From Archangiaceae bacterium (GTDB lineage: Bacteria > Myxococcota > Myxococcia > Myxococcales > Myxococcaceae): DNA of 47,151 nt. A model generated the notes under the pieces. The model worked only from the letters and a program-made list of their open reading frames with translations. It searched no databases and was not told where the DNA came from. The stretch is taken from assembly GCA_043750125.1 (NCBI GenBank), contig JAYVCD010000019.1:1-47151 (forward strand), read 5' to 3'. Below, piece by piece: positions 24,920-33,856 of the stretch. The first letter of the stretch is position 1, and every line of letters starts with the position of its first letter. Both the position numbers and the translations under genes were made by a program.

Positions 24920-26395
24920 TCAGGTGCTCATCAGTCGCACCAGACGTTGGCTCGCGCGGGTGAGGCCGGCGGCGACGGGGCGCTCTGAGTCCACGGGCGG
25001 CCGCGCGGCGAAGTCCACGAACCACGACCCGGTCGCGGGGTTGCGGAAGTAGTCCTCGTTGAAGTGCTCGCGCAGTGAATCGGTCAACCGGACTTCGAGG
25101 GTGGCCGCGCGAAGGGGCAGGGGGTCGACTCCCCCGACGCGGAGCAGAAAACCTCCCCGCGGGACGCTCACGCCCAGAGCGCGGGCCATTCGGTCCTCGT
25201 ATTCCTCGGCGAGGGGCCGAACCGGACCCCGCGCATAGACTTCGAGCACGTAGGGCAACATCGCCGCCGCCTCACGCAGGCCGGCAAGCGCGGTGAAGGC
25301 TCCGAGTCGTGCCGCCTCTCGCGCTGCGGCCGAGGGAACCCGCAGGTACCGTTTGAGCCAGCCTTCCTCGAGGCTGAAGTGTGAGACGAGGGTCCGAATC
25401 GCTTCGAGGCTGGCTGCTTCTGGAAAGCGCCGCTCGAGAGTTCCCGCGCCCGCCGAACCGTGGGCCCACAGTTGCGCTTCCCCGAACGCCGCGAGCAGCT
25501 CGGCGCAGGCGTGCCGCCCTCCCCGGCGACTCACCGACAAGCGCACATCGTCTGGAACGCGCACCGGCGAGACGAGGGGCTGGGGGCTGGCGTCGTCTCG
25601 AGGCTCGGCGTCCAGCGTCAGCCTTCCGCGCGCGTCGGTGCCCAGGCCCAGGTCTTCGAAGGTCCGCTTCACCGCCGGCAGCAGGTCCTCGGCGCGAAAC
25701 AGCTCGCGCATCCACGGCAAGGTGCCCACATGGAGCACATCGTGCCAGTGCGCCGTCTGCGGCTTGAGCGCAGGGTCGAGCCGCTTGAGCACGTAGCCGA
25801 GCAGATCCCGGTAGGCGTCTTCGGTGGTGGTCAGCAGCTTCTCGGCCGCCTCGAGCCAGGGCTGGAGCTCGATTCCGCTCAGGGCCTCGTGCTGCGCGCG
25901 CATCGAGGAAAAACCGAGGTGCGCGCTGGCGTGGATGTTCGAGTCAATCACCCGCGACCACTGGGTGTGGCGTTCCCACAGGGCTTCGGTGAGGTCCCTC
26001 TCGAGGGCGTGGCGACGTTCGCGCTCGAGATCTTCAGGCAGCCGTTCGAGGGCTTCGGCCAGCGGCATCGTGCGCATCGATGAGTTGATCGGGCGCTCGA
26101 GCTCTTCGGCGCAGCCATCGAGGCTCGACGCCGCAGCCCCGAGCGCGTGTCCCCAGGCGAGGAAGCGCAGCAACCGGTGCAGCGAGCCCCGGGTCTCGGC
26201 ATCGGTCTTCGGGCTCGCCGCAGCCTGACGCACCTGAAGAAACGAGTCCGAGCGCAGCAGCGACGGAAAGTCTTCGACCAATTTCGCCAGCCGCTGCCGG
26301 GGCGCCAGGCCGGCGTGATGGCGATGGCGGGCCAGCGCGAGCTGCGAGAGAAATTCCTCGGTCTGTTCCGTCAAACCGTTGATCGAGATTTCCAC
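24920..26395 (-). CDS. M3/gluzincin-like peptidase homolog lacking HEXXH (start probably GTG 26395)
   Basis: LTLDAEPR...P.VRVPDDVRL and LREHFNEDYFRNPATG motifs. AAFGEA occupies the expected HEXXH site. Confidence 0.65.
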   Translation of the reverse strand: MEISINGLTEQTEEFLSQLALARHRHHAGLAPRQRLAKLVEDFPSLLRSDSFLQVRQAAASPKTDAETRGSLHRLLRFLAWGHALGAAASSLDGCAEELERPINSSMRTMPLAEALERLPEDLERERRHALERDLTEALWERHTQWSRVIDSNIHASAHLGFSSMRAQHEALSGIELQPWLEAAEKLLTTTEDAYRDLLGYVLKRLDPALKPQTAHWHDVLHVGTLPWMRELFRAEDLLPAVKRTFEDLGLGTDARGRLTLDAEPRDDASPQPLVSPVRVPDDVRLSVSRRGGRHACAELLAAFGEAQLWAHGSAGAGTLERRFPEAASLEAIRTLVSHFSLEEGWLKRYLRVPSAAAREAARLGAFTALAGLREAAAMLPYVLEVYARGPVRPLAEEYEDRMARALGVSVPRGGFLLRVGGVDPLPLRAATLEVRLTDSLREHFNEDYFRNPATGSWFVDFAARPPVDSERPVAAGLTRASQRLVRLMST

Positions 26396-26436
26396 GTTGG
26401 AGGTATGAACAACCCGGTCTTGTTCCCGAGTCAACC

Positions 26437-27276
26437 GTGAAGCGTCGCACCGTGGTGGCCCCGGCCGGTCGGCTCAATGCCGTGCTCTCTGACGCGCTGA
26501 GCGTGCCGTTGCTCGAGGCCCAGGCGTTGATTTCCCGCGGGGCGGTGTACCTCGATGGGAAGCGCTGCCAGTCGGCACAGACGGCGGTGAAGGCCGGCCA
26601 GAAGTTGTCGGCGGTGCTCGAAGAAGGAGGACAACCCGTGACGGCGGTGGGCGCGACGCAGGCGCCACTGGTGGTGATCTTCGAGGACGAGGCGCTGTTG
26701 GTGGTCGACAAGGCCGCGGGGGTGGTCGCGCAACCGACGCCGGGGCGGGTGGGGGACAGCCTGATTGACCTCGCCCGCTACCACCTGCAGAGCGCTCCGG
26801 GGCTCGTTCATCGGCTCGATCGGGAGACGTCCGGAGTGACAATCTTCGGCAAGACGCCCGAGTCCACCCGCGCGCTGGCGGCCGAGTTTCGCGAAGGCCG
26901 CGCCAAGAAGCGCTACCTCGCGGTCACCGCCCCCGGCTTGCCGGCGCAGGGCGAAATCGACCTCCCCCTTTCGAGGGACTCGTCGCGTCCGGGGCGCTGG
27001 CGGGCCTCGAAAGAGTTTCAAGGCATCGACGCGGTGACCCACTACGTCCGGCTGTCGGCCCATGAAGAGTTCGCGACGGTCGAACTGTTTCCGCTCACCG
27101 GGCGCACCCACCAACTGCGGGCGCACCTGGCCGGAATCGGGTTTCCGATTCGGGGGGACAAGCTCTACGGAGGATCTGCCGACGTGCGTTGCCTGCTGCA
27201 CGCGCAGCGACTCGAGGTCCTGGGACGGACGTTCGAGGCGCGCGTTCCGGCGGATCTCGCGACCTACCTGACTTAA
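26437..27276 (+). CDS. RluA-family RNA pseudouridine synthase with S4 domain
   Basis: VVDKAAG, HRLDRETSG, TGRTHQLRAHL, GDKLYG and LHA. Confidence 0.93.
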   Translation: MKRRTVVAPAGRLNAVLSDALSVPLLEAQALISRGAVYLDGKRCQSAQTAVKAGQKLSAVLEEGGQPVTAVGATQAPLVVIFEDEALLVVDKAAGVVAQPTPGRVGDSLIDLARYHLQSAPGLVHRLDRETSGVTIFGKTPESTRALAAEFREGRAKKRYLAVTAPGLPAQGEIDLPLSRDSSRPGRWRASKEFQGIDAVTHYVRLSAHEEFATVELFPLTGRTHQLRAHLAGIGFPIRGDKLYGGSADVRCLLHAQRLEVLGRTFEARVPADLATYLT

Positions 27277-29108
27277 GGGTCGAACTCGACGACGTAGAAG
27301 GTGAACGCCGCGCTGCCGAGGCTGCGTTGGCGGTTCACGTTCACGTTGGTCGAGGAGGTCAGCTCGAAGCGGGCGTTGCCTTCGCCGAGGTAGCTGCCGC
27401 CTGCGTAGCTGGCCTCGCCGTTGCCCTGGCCGGACGCCGCTTGCGAGCTGGCGAAGACGATGGTTCGGGTGGTGTCGACGGGAGAGATCGCGACGGACAG
27501 GGTCGAGCTGTTGATGGGGAGGGTGACGGTTTTGGTTTGCACCGAGGCGCGGCTGCCAAAGTCGATTCGTTCCCAGGCCATTCGCAAGATGGGGGAAGTG
27601 ACGCAGGCTCCGGTCAGGCCCGTCGCCCGGCTGAAGTTGAGCGATGAAGGCGTGGGCAGCTCGGCGCGGAGCAACACGTCGCAGATGGGGTCGCTGCTGT
27701 TGGGCAAGGCGTGCTGGGTGAGCAGGGCGGTGTTGGCCGAGACCGCCGACAGTCCGGTCACCAGTCTGGAATTGGCGCCGATGGCAATCCCGGCGCTCTC
27801 CAGGCCACGGGTGACGTTGATTCCCGCGAGCTCGACCGCCTGGATGTCGAAGCTGCCGCCGGGGCAGGTGGTGGCTGCGGTACCGATGTCGAGAGAGACG
27901 GTGGTGGGGGAGACCAGCTGAGTCACGATCAGATCGTCGTCGTCGATGGTGACACTCGAACCCTCATAGGACTTGAGGAGGAAGCTCAAGGAGGGGTTGA
28001 CCGCCGCCGGGAGCAGCAGAGTCATCGGGGGCGTCACACAATTTCCGGCCACCCGTTCGACCCGAAGACCGGCGGGAAGCTCGAGGGTCTGCCAGTGAAT
28101 GCTGCCGGCAGCCGCCCCGCCATTTCGGTTGCAGGTCACCGCGCCCGTCGTGTTGAGGCGGCACCTCACTTCCGCGGTGCCCCCGAGGGCCGAACCGGTG
28201 GTGGCCTGGAAGAAAAGTGCGGTGCGACCGATGTTCTGTTGGAGGGGGAGGATCGCGCAGGTCGTGAAGAGATCTTGAGTGCTGCCTCCGTCGGCCAGTG
28301 CGATGGGGGCGTTGAAGGCGCAGTTGCCGCGACGAACCGCGCCGACGATGTTGAGCGTGCGCTGAGCGGTGCCGAACGGAGCGGCGGCACTCTGCACCGT
28401 GGATCCACCCGTCAACGGCTTGAGATAAAAGTCTGCGTTCGTCTGGCCCGCCGGAATTGTCGTGCCGGTGACCGCGAGAGTGCAGATCGAGTCTGAGTAG
28501 TAGCGCGCGGTGCCTGCTGCGACTTCAGAGAGTCCGACCGCCGTGTTGCTCGCCACTGCAGTGGGGACTGCCATTCGCTGCGCCTGCACCGTCGAGAGAA
28601 CGCAGGCTCCGGCCAGAAGGGGGCTTGGCAAGGTGGAGGTGAACGCCAGGCTCGTGGGGAGGAGCACTGTTCCACCACCCCCACCGCTCCCTCCGACTCC
28701 ACCGCCACTGCCGCCGCCGGTGCCACCGCCACTGCCGCCGCCGGTGCCGACTCCTCCGCCGGTGCCGACTCCTCCGCCGGTGCCGACTCCTCCGCCGGTG
28801 CCGACTCCTCCGCCGGTGCCGACTCCTCCGCCGCCCTCGCCGCCACCGCCGCCCTCGCCGCCCTCGCCGCCACCGCCGACCTCGCCGCCACCCCCGCCCC
28901 CTCCGCCCCCGCCGCTGGCAACTCCGCCGCCGCCTCCGTCATTTTCGTTGGTGCCGACTTTGACGCAGGTGTGGCTGATCGCTCCGCACACGAATCCGGT
29001 ACCGCATTCGGAATCTGCTTTGCACGCGTAGACGGGGACCACGGCTCCCGGCTCACACTGACAGCCGACCACGAGGGCCGCGAACGAGACGAGCACAGCA
29101 AGACGCAT
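27273..29108 (-). CDS. Gly-rich surface lipoprotein with four C-terminal beta repeats
   Basis: Lipobox VVGC, a Cys-rich module and a poly-Gly linker. Repeats end in WQTLEL / IQAVEL / WERIDF / FYVVEF. Confidence 0.85.
   Translation of the reverse strand: MRLAVLVSFAALVVGCQCEPGAVVPVYACKADSECGTGFVCGAISHTCVKVGTNENDGGGGGVASGGGGGGGGGGEVGGGGEGGEGGGGGEGGGGVGTGGGVGTGGGVGTGGGVGTGGGVGTGGGSGGGTGGGSGGGVGGSGGGGGTVLLPTSLAFTSTLPSPLLAGACVLSTVQAQRMAVPTAVASNTAVGLSEVAAGTARYYSDSICTLAVTGTTIPAGQTNADFYLKPLTGGSTVQSAAAPFGTAQRTLNIVGAVRRGNCAFNAPIALADGGSTQDLFTTCAILPLQQNIGRTALFFQATTGSALGGTAEVRCRLNTTGAVTCNRNGGAAAGSIHWQTLELPAGLRVERVAGNCVTPPMTLLLPAAVNPSLSFLLKSYEGSSVTIDDDDLIVTQLVSPTTVSLDIGTAATTCPGGSFDIQAVELAGINVTRGLESAGIAIGANSRLVTGLSAVSANTALLTQHALPNSSDPICDVLLRAELPTPSSLNFSRATGLTGACVTSPILRMAWERIDFGSRASVQTKTVTLPINSSTLSVAISPVDTTRTIVFASSQAASGQGNGEASYAGGSYLGEGNARFELTSSTNVNVNRQRSLGSAAFTFYVVEFDP
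28738..28827. repeat. 5 x 18-bp perfect tandem repeat (coding GVGTGG)
   Basis: CCGCCGGTGCCGACTCCT x5 within the Gly linker. Confidence 0.9.
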
Positions 29109-29188
29109 CGGTCGACTCTACTCGGCCCGCGCTCCCCATCTCACCGGGCGAGCACTCACCCACAGGGGGCAATGTGCGACACCACCCT

Positions 29189-30091
29189 TCAGTCGGCGTA
29201 CGAGCCGTACGGCTGACCGAGCTTGTTCTTGTGAGCTCCGGGGACCGCAGCGTTGAGCGTCAGCTCGACCTCGGCTCCGCTCGCGGCAACCTCGATCGAA
29301 CGGCTGGCGATGGTCTCGCCGCCCGCCCACGCGGACAGCTTGTGCGTTCCCGTCGGCACCCCTTCGATTCGAAAGGAGCCGTCCGACTCGACCTTCGCGA
29401 ACAGTCCATTCGGGACCACCAACACGCTCGCGCTCATTCGCGAGTGCATGTTGCAAAAAATCTCGACCACCCCGGGGCTCGTCATCACGTGGCTCTTCAC
29501 CGGGTCACCGGACCGGGCGGTTCCCAGATCGAACGTGTTTCCCTCGGACACCGAAAAGACGTTGTGAAAGATGCTGTCGAGGTTTGGAAAGTTCACCTTC
29601 GTCCCGCGGGGGACCACCGCGGTGCGGGGAGCGAACTGCTTTCCTTCCTGGCGAATGTCGAGCGTCCCAGTCGATGGGGCGGCCTTTACGTCTTCGATGA
29701 AAACCCACGCCGGACCATTGGCGCCGCTGACCTTCACCCGCCCGGTGACAGGAGCAACGGCCTGCTTCGGCGCGCGGGGCTCGGCCGGTTTGGGAGTGAC
29801 CGCCAGTGAAGGCGGGACCGGAGCAGGCGCCGGCTCGACCGCGACCACCGCGGCCGCGACCTGCGCCTGTCCCTGGGCCAGCCGCAGCATCTGCTGATCG
29901 TGCTCGACCTGCTGCTGAAGAATTCGAATCAGCAGGGCCCGTTGGTCGGCGAGCTCTTTTTCCAGCCTCGCCAGCTCTTCGCGCGCCGACCGGGTCACTT
30001 TCCCGTCTTTTACCGCGCCCACCGACTGCGCAGGGGCGAGGCCCGCATTCAGCAGGCCCACCACCAGGAAAAAACCGAGTGCGCGTTTCAT
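29189..30091 (-). CDS. Secreted cupredoxin-like (MauL-like) protein with N-terminal coiled coil and carboxypeptidase-regulatory-like domain
   Basis: AAAGGAG SD and signal peptide. FPNLDSIFHNVFS and FCNMHSRM supply His/Cys/His/Met type-1 Cu ligands. Ends HKNKLGQPY. Confidence 0.85.
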   Translation of the reverse strand: MKRALGFFLVVGLLNAGLAPAQSVGAVKDGKVTRSAREELARLEKELADQRALLIRILQQQVEHDQQMLRLAQGQAQVAAAVVAVEPAPAPVPPSLAVTPKPAEPRAPKQAVAPVTGRVKVSGANGPAWVFIEDVKAAPSTGTLDIRQEGKQFAPRTAVVPRGTKVNFPNLDSIFHNVFSVSEGNTFDLGTARSGDPVKSHVMTSPGVVEIFCNMHSRMSASVLVVPNGLFAKVESDGSFRIEGVPTGTHKLSAWAGGETIASRSIEVAASGAEVELTLNAAVPGAHKNKLGQPYGSYAD

Positions 30092-30117
30092 CACTGCTCC
30101 TTTCGCTGCGAAGACAA

Positions 30118-31482
30118 TCAGTACGCCAACACCAGCGAGCTGGTGAAGACATCGTTGGGCACGAACGGAACGCCCCCGTACTCGCCGTTGAACAGGTATT
30201 CGGCCTTCAAGGTCACGTGCTCGTTGAACGACAGTCGCGCGCCCACTGTCGCCCGCCACGAGTGAGTCAGGTACGCGCGCTCGTCGCCCAGAAAAACGAA
30301 CGCGTCGCGGAACTCGCCCCGCACCAAAACGCCGATCACCGAAGTGATCCTCCAGATCAGACTCAGGTACGCGGCCTGGTTGAGCTTCAGCCCATAGACC
30401 GAGTCCACCGCGCGCCCCGCCGCGGCCCCTTTGAGCCACTGACCCTCGAGGCCAATCGGCCCGATGTCCCACAACAGGTCCACCCCTGCGAACCACAAGG
30501 GCTCGGCGGTGTCGCGCGCGCGATCTTGCGGACCCCACTCTGCAGATGCGCCGACCTCGAGATTCCCCAACAGCGTGGAATCGAACAACGCGAAGGGCTT
30601 GACCGACACCCGGCCGCTGAACGTCTTTCCCGAATTGCTATCGACCTCGTCGTAAAAGTGGAACTGCTCGGTCGTCGAGGAGCCGTTGGTGAACGCCAAC
30701 GCGATGGTGACGAAGTCGCCCTTGAGCAACTTCGCGCGTGCCTTCACCCCCAGCGGAGTGCCCGTGGTGTAGCGGGCCACCAGCGAAGGCGTAATTCCAA
30801 ACCGCGCAGGGGAATGCCGCGTCCGGTACTCGACCCCCATCAGCGACTCCATCTTTCCGGCGAAAAACGAAATGCGCTGGTCGGCGGTCGGCATCCATTC
30901 GACCTGGGCGAGGTCTAAATCGAAAGTGTCTCCCAGCGAAAAATCGGTGCCCGAGCGGGGAGTGAAGTTCAGGCTGACCGTGAAGAGCAGATCGTCCCGA
31001 ACGGCGGCCCGCACTCCCAGGTTCGCGACATTGAGAATGAAGCCCAGCGCCCCCCGCGAATGCACCGAGTCGTAGCGGCTGACGCCGGGCGCGTCGCCCA
31101 GGTCCGCGACATCGCCCCGCGAGTTGATCGCCGTCGAGAGGATGTCTCCGTAGAACACCCAGCCATACCGGCCGGCGTACTGCGGAAAAATCTTGTTTCC
31201 GAAGTCCTGCGAGTACCCGGCGCCGTTTCCCTGGGGGACGAAGAAACCAAAATCGATGTAGCCCGAGAGCGTGACCGCCGACACCATCGCCGACAAGAAC
31301 CCTGCGGGTCCGGCCGGCTTCTGCGCGAGCTGGCTCTGAAGCTTCGAGACTTTCTCTTCGAGCAAAGTGACCCGTTGAGGCTCGGTCAGCGGTACCTCGA
31401 ACAGAACGTCTCCGTCCTCGGTTTCGACTTCCCCCGCCACCTGCCCCAGCGCCAACATCGACAGCACCAGCAGTGGACTCAT
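30118..31482 (-). CDS. Outer-membrane beta-barrel/porin-like protein
   Basis: Signal peptide, short coiled coil, LSGYIDFGF, amphipathic strands, LKAEY and terminal aromatic Y. ATGA overlap with the upstream gene. Confidence 0.75.
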   Translation of the reverse strand: MSPLLVLSMLALGQVAGEVETEDGDVLFEVPLTEPQRVTLLEEKVSKLQSQLAQKPAGPAGFLSAMVSAVTLSGYIDFGFFVPQGNGAGYSQDFGNKIFPQYAGRYGWVFYGDILSTAINSRGDVADLGDAPGVSRYDSVHSRGALGFILNVANLGVRAAVRDDLLFTVSLNFTPRSGTDFSLGDTFDLDLAQVEWMPTADQRISFFAGKMESLMGVEYRTRHSPARFGITPSLVARYTTGTPLGVKARAKLLKGDFVTIALAFTNGSSTTEQFHFYDEVDSNSGKTFSGRVSVKPFALFDSTLLGNLEVGASAEWGPQDRARDTAEPLWFAGVDLLWDIGPIGLEGQWLKGAAAGRAVDSVYGLKLNQAAYLSLIWRITSVIGVLVRGEFRDAFVFLGDERAYLTHSWRATVGARLSFNEHVTLKAEYLFNGEYGGVPFVPNDVFTSSLVLAY

Positions 31483-33032
31483 GGAGGCAACACCGGAGCG
31501 GAAGTCAGCTCTCTGGGCATCGGCGCCCCGGTGAGCGAGCGCAGAAACGCGACCAGGTCGCTCTGTTCGGCCGGGGTCAGATGCAGCGGCCGCAGCTGCA
31601 CCGCCTTCACCCCCGGCACATTGGCGTCCGCGCCTCCCCGGTCGTAGGCGGCGACCACGGCCTCGAGCGAGGGGTAGACCCCATCGTGCATGTACGGGGC
31701 GGTCAGCTCTACGTCGCGCAGCGAGGCCGTACGCCAGGCGCCGCGCAACGCGGGGTCCAGCGGCTGCTCGAGGTAGGACTTGCGCGAGGTGTCGGTGGGG
31801 TCGTCGCTCCAGGTCGAGTCGCGGCGGTACGCGTTGGCGCGCAGCTTGGCCAGCCCGTCGAGCGCGCCGGCGGGGAGGCAGTTTTTGCCGTTGACGCAAT
31901 CGCACACGCTTCCGGCGCGACAATCGGCTTCGGAAGGCACGCCCGCTCCGACCTGCGGCACTCCGACGTTGTGAAATGCGCTGTCCGACAACAGCGGAGT
32001 GTTGTGGCAGTCGACGCAGGAGCCCTTGCCGACGAAGACGCGGGCGCCTCGTTTCTGCGCCGCGGTGAGCAGCGCGCTTTGGGGGCCCAGCGCCACCCAG
32101 CGGTCGAACGCCGAGTTGCGGCTGATCAAGGTCTGCTCGTACGCAGCGATCGCCTTCGCCCAGTTCACGTAAACCCCGGTGATCTGTTTTTGATCTGCGC
32201 TGTCCATGCAGTCGAAAGCATCGAAGCTCGGCTCGCTGGCCGAGCCCGCCTGACATCCCGGCACCGAGCCCGGACGGCCTTCGAGCGGAAACCGGGGCCA
32301 GCACGAGAGCGCTGCGTCGGTGCCGGTGACGATTCGACAGGGGGAAGGACACACCCCCGCGACCAAGGCGCACTGGCCCGTCATCGGGTCGACCGCCGCA
32401 CGTACGTCGGCCGAGCCGGTGGCGAACGGAAGCGGAAACGCGGTGAAGAGCTCGCCGTAGGCGTCGGGGTACTTGTCTTTGAGCAGCCAGGCGATCTTCA
32501 GCCGGTTCGAGCCCATCGAGACGAAGCTCTCGGAGACCGCGACGATTTGCGACCACAGCGAATCGTTGCGCCCATTCCAGTAGGTGATCCCGTAGTAGGC
32601 GGCGTTCACCGTCTGCTGACTGTTTACGTCGTACCAACCCGCTCCAATCGACACGTGGTTGGGGCTCGACGTGAAGTCCGCGCCGCCTCGCGCAGGGTCG
32701 TGGCAGGTCGCGCACGAAATGTTCAACGGCTGCCCTTTCGGCGCCCGCGCGTAAGGCGTCGGGCGTCGCAGGGTGTCGAGCAGCGTGGCGTTCCCCGAAA
32801 AGCGGGAATCAAAATAAAACTTCTGACCGAGCTCGGCCGCCGCGGCGTTGGTCGAGTACTTGTTCGAAGGGTCGGCCGGAGGCTTCTCGGCCAGCCCTGC
32901 CAGGCCCTGCAGCGAAGTCCATTCCTGGCGGCTGAACTCGCAGTCGGCCGAGCCGCACAACAGGGTGTCGACGCTCGGACCACACCCGACCTGCGCGCAC
33001 CCAAGCGTCAGCAGCACCGCGGCTCGAATCAC
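31479..33032 (-). CDS. Diheme cytochrome c peroxidase/MauG-family lipoprotein
   Basis: LGQKFYFDSRFS, CATCH, YWNGR, CVDCH, TASLRDVELTAPYMHDG and LVAFLRSL. GTGA overlap. Confidence 0.9.
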   Translation of the reverse strand: MIRAAVLLTLGCAQVGCGPSVDTLLCGSADCEFSRQEWTSLQGLAGLAEKPPADPSNKYSTNAAAAELGQKFYFDSRFSGNATLLDTLRRPTPYARAPKGQPLNISCATCHDPARGGADFTSSPNHVSIGAGWYDVNSQQTVNAAYYGITYWNGRNDSLWSQIVAVSESFVSMGSNRLKIAWLLKDKYPDAYGELFTAFPLPFATGSADVRAAVDPMTGQCALVAGVCPSPCRIVTGTDAALSCWPRFPLEGRPGSVPGCQAGSASEPSFDAFDCMDSADQKQITGVYVNWAKAIAAYEQTLISRNSAFDRWVALGPQSALLTAAQKRGARVFVGKGSCVDCHNTPLLSDSAFHNVGVPQVGAGVPSEADCRAGSVCDCVNGKNCLPAGALDGLAKLRANAYRRDSTWSDDPTDTSRKSYLEQPLDPALRGAWRTASLRDVELTAPYMHDGVYPSLEAVVAAYDRGGADANVPGVKAVQLRPLHLTPAEQSDLVAFLRSLTGAPMPRELTSAPVLPP

Positions 33033-33856
33033 CGCGCACCTCCGCGCCAGAAAGCGAGCACAGCAAACAGCAGCGCGACCAGGGGCACCGCGAAAGCCAG
33101 CCGGCCGGTCGCGTCTTCCACGTCGATCGGGCGGGTCAGGAAGCGGCCCGGGGGCACCGAGCCCTTCACGTCCAGGCGCTGCACGTCGCTGGCCCAGCTC
33201 GCAGCAGGCATCGCGGTGTCGGACCACACCAATCGTTCGTCGGCCATCAGCGACAGGTGGACTCCCGCGCTCTGCGCCGCTTTTCCAAGAGCCGCATCGG
33301 GGACGAGGTTTCCAATCACCAGCAACCCCACCGTGCGCTCGCCGATTCTCACCGCGCTGACGGCGATCTCTGCAATGCGATCTTCGACCCACCACACCCC
33401 GATCGCGGCCCCTTCCTGCGCGAGCGCGGCCTTGACCACCGACGAGGACGAGAGGTCGAGCCCTTTGAGCTTCGGAGCGCCGATCACCACCTTGACCCGC
33501 CCCGAAGCCGAGAGAACGGCGAACACCGGTTGGCCATTGAGCGTCTGCAGGTCCTGGAGGATGTCGAGGATGGTGGCGTCATCGACGTTCGCCGCGCTCA
33601 GCGTGGACTTCAAGCGGGGATCTTCGGCCAGCAGCTGTGCGTCGCCCTTCACCCGGTCCTGGGCCGAGGTCCGCAGCAGGTCGACCAGCTGTGCCGCCCG
33701 CACCAGCGCATGCGCCTGTTGGGTGTACTGCTCGCTGTGGCTCAGCTGCCGGACTGCGAAGAACCAGCCGGTGGCGGCGATCAACCCCACGGCCGCTCCC
33801 ATGGTCGCAAAGAGCGAGCGGCGCTTCCCCGTCGAGGTGCGGGCGCTGGTGCTCAT
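33029..33856 (-). CDS. Two-TM membrane protein with Cache-like periplasmic domain and no cytoplasmic output domain
   Basis: TM, then AQLLAEDPRLKSTL...DDATILD, then a beta-rich region, then TM and stop. ATGA overlap with the kinase. Confidence 0.7.
   Translation of the reverse strand: MSTSARTSTGKRRSLFATMGAAVGLIAATGWFFAVRQLSHSEQYTQQAHALVRAAQLVDLLRTSAQDRVKGDAQLLAEDPRLKSTLSAANVDDATILDILQDLQTLNGQPVFAVLSASGRVKVVIGAPKLKGLDLSSSSVVKAALAQEGAAIGVWWVEDRIAEIAVSAVRIGERTVGLLVIGNLVPDAALGKAAQSAGVHLSLMADERLVWSDTAMPAASWASDVQRLDVKGSVPPGRFLTRPIDVEDATGRLAFAVPLVALLFAVLAFWRGGAR

Noticed and set aside
30118-32715. 865-aa version of the porin, and extended versions of the CCP, cupredoxin and catalase ORFs
   Set aside because: The extensions are alternative frames of upstream genes. 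Signal peptides and start/stop overlaps define the shorter starts.
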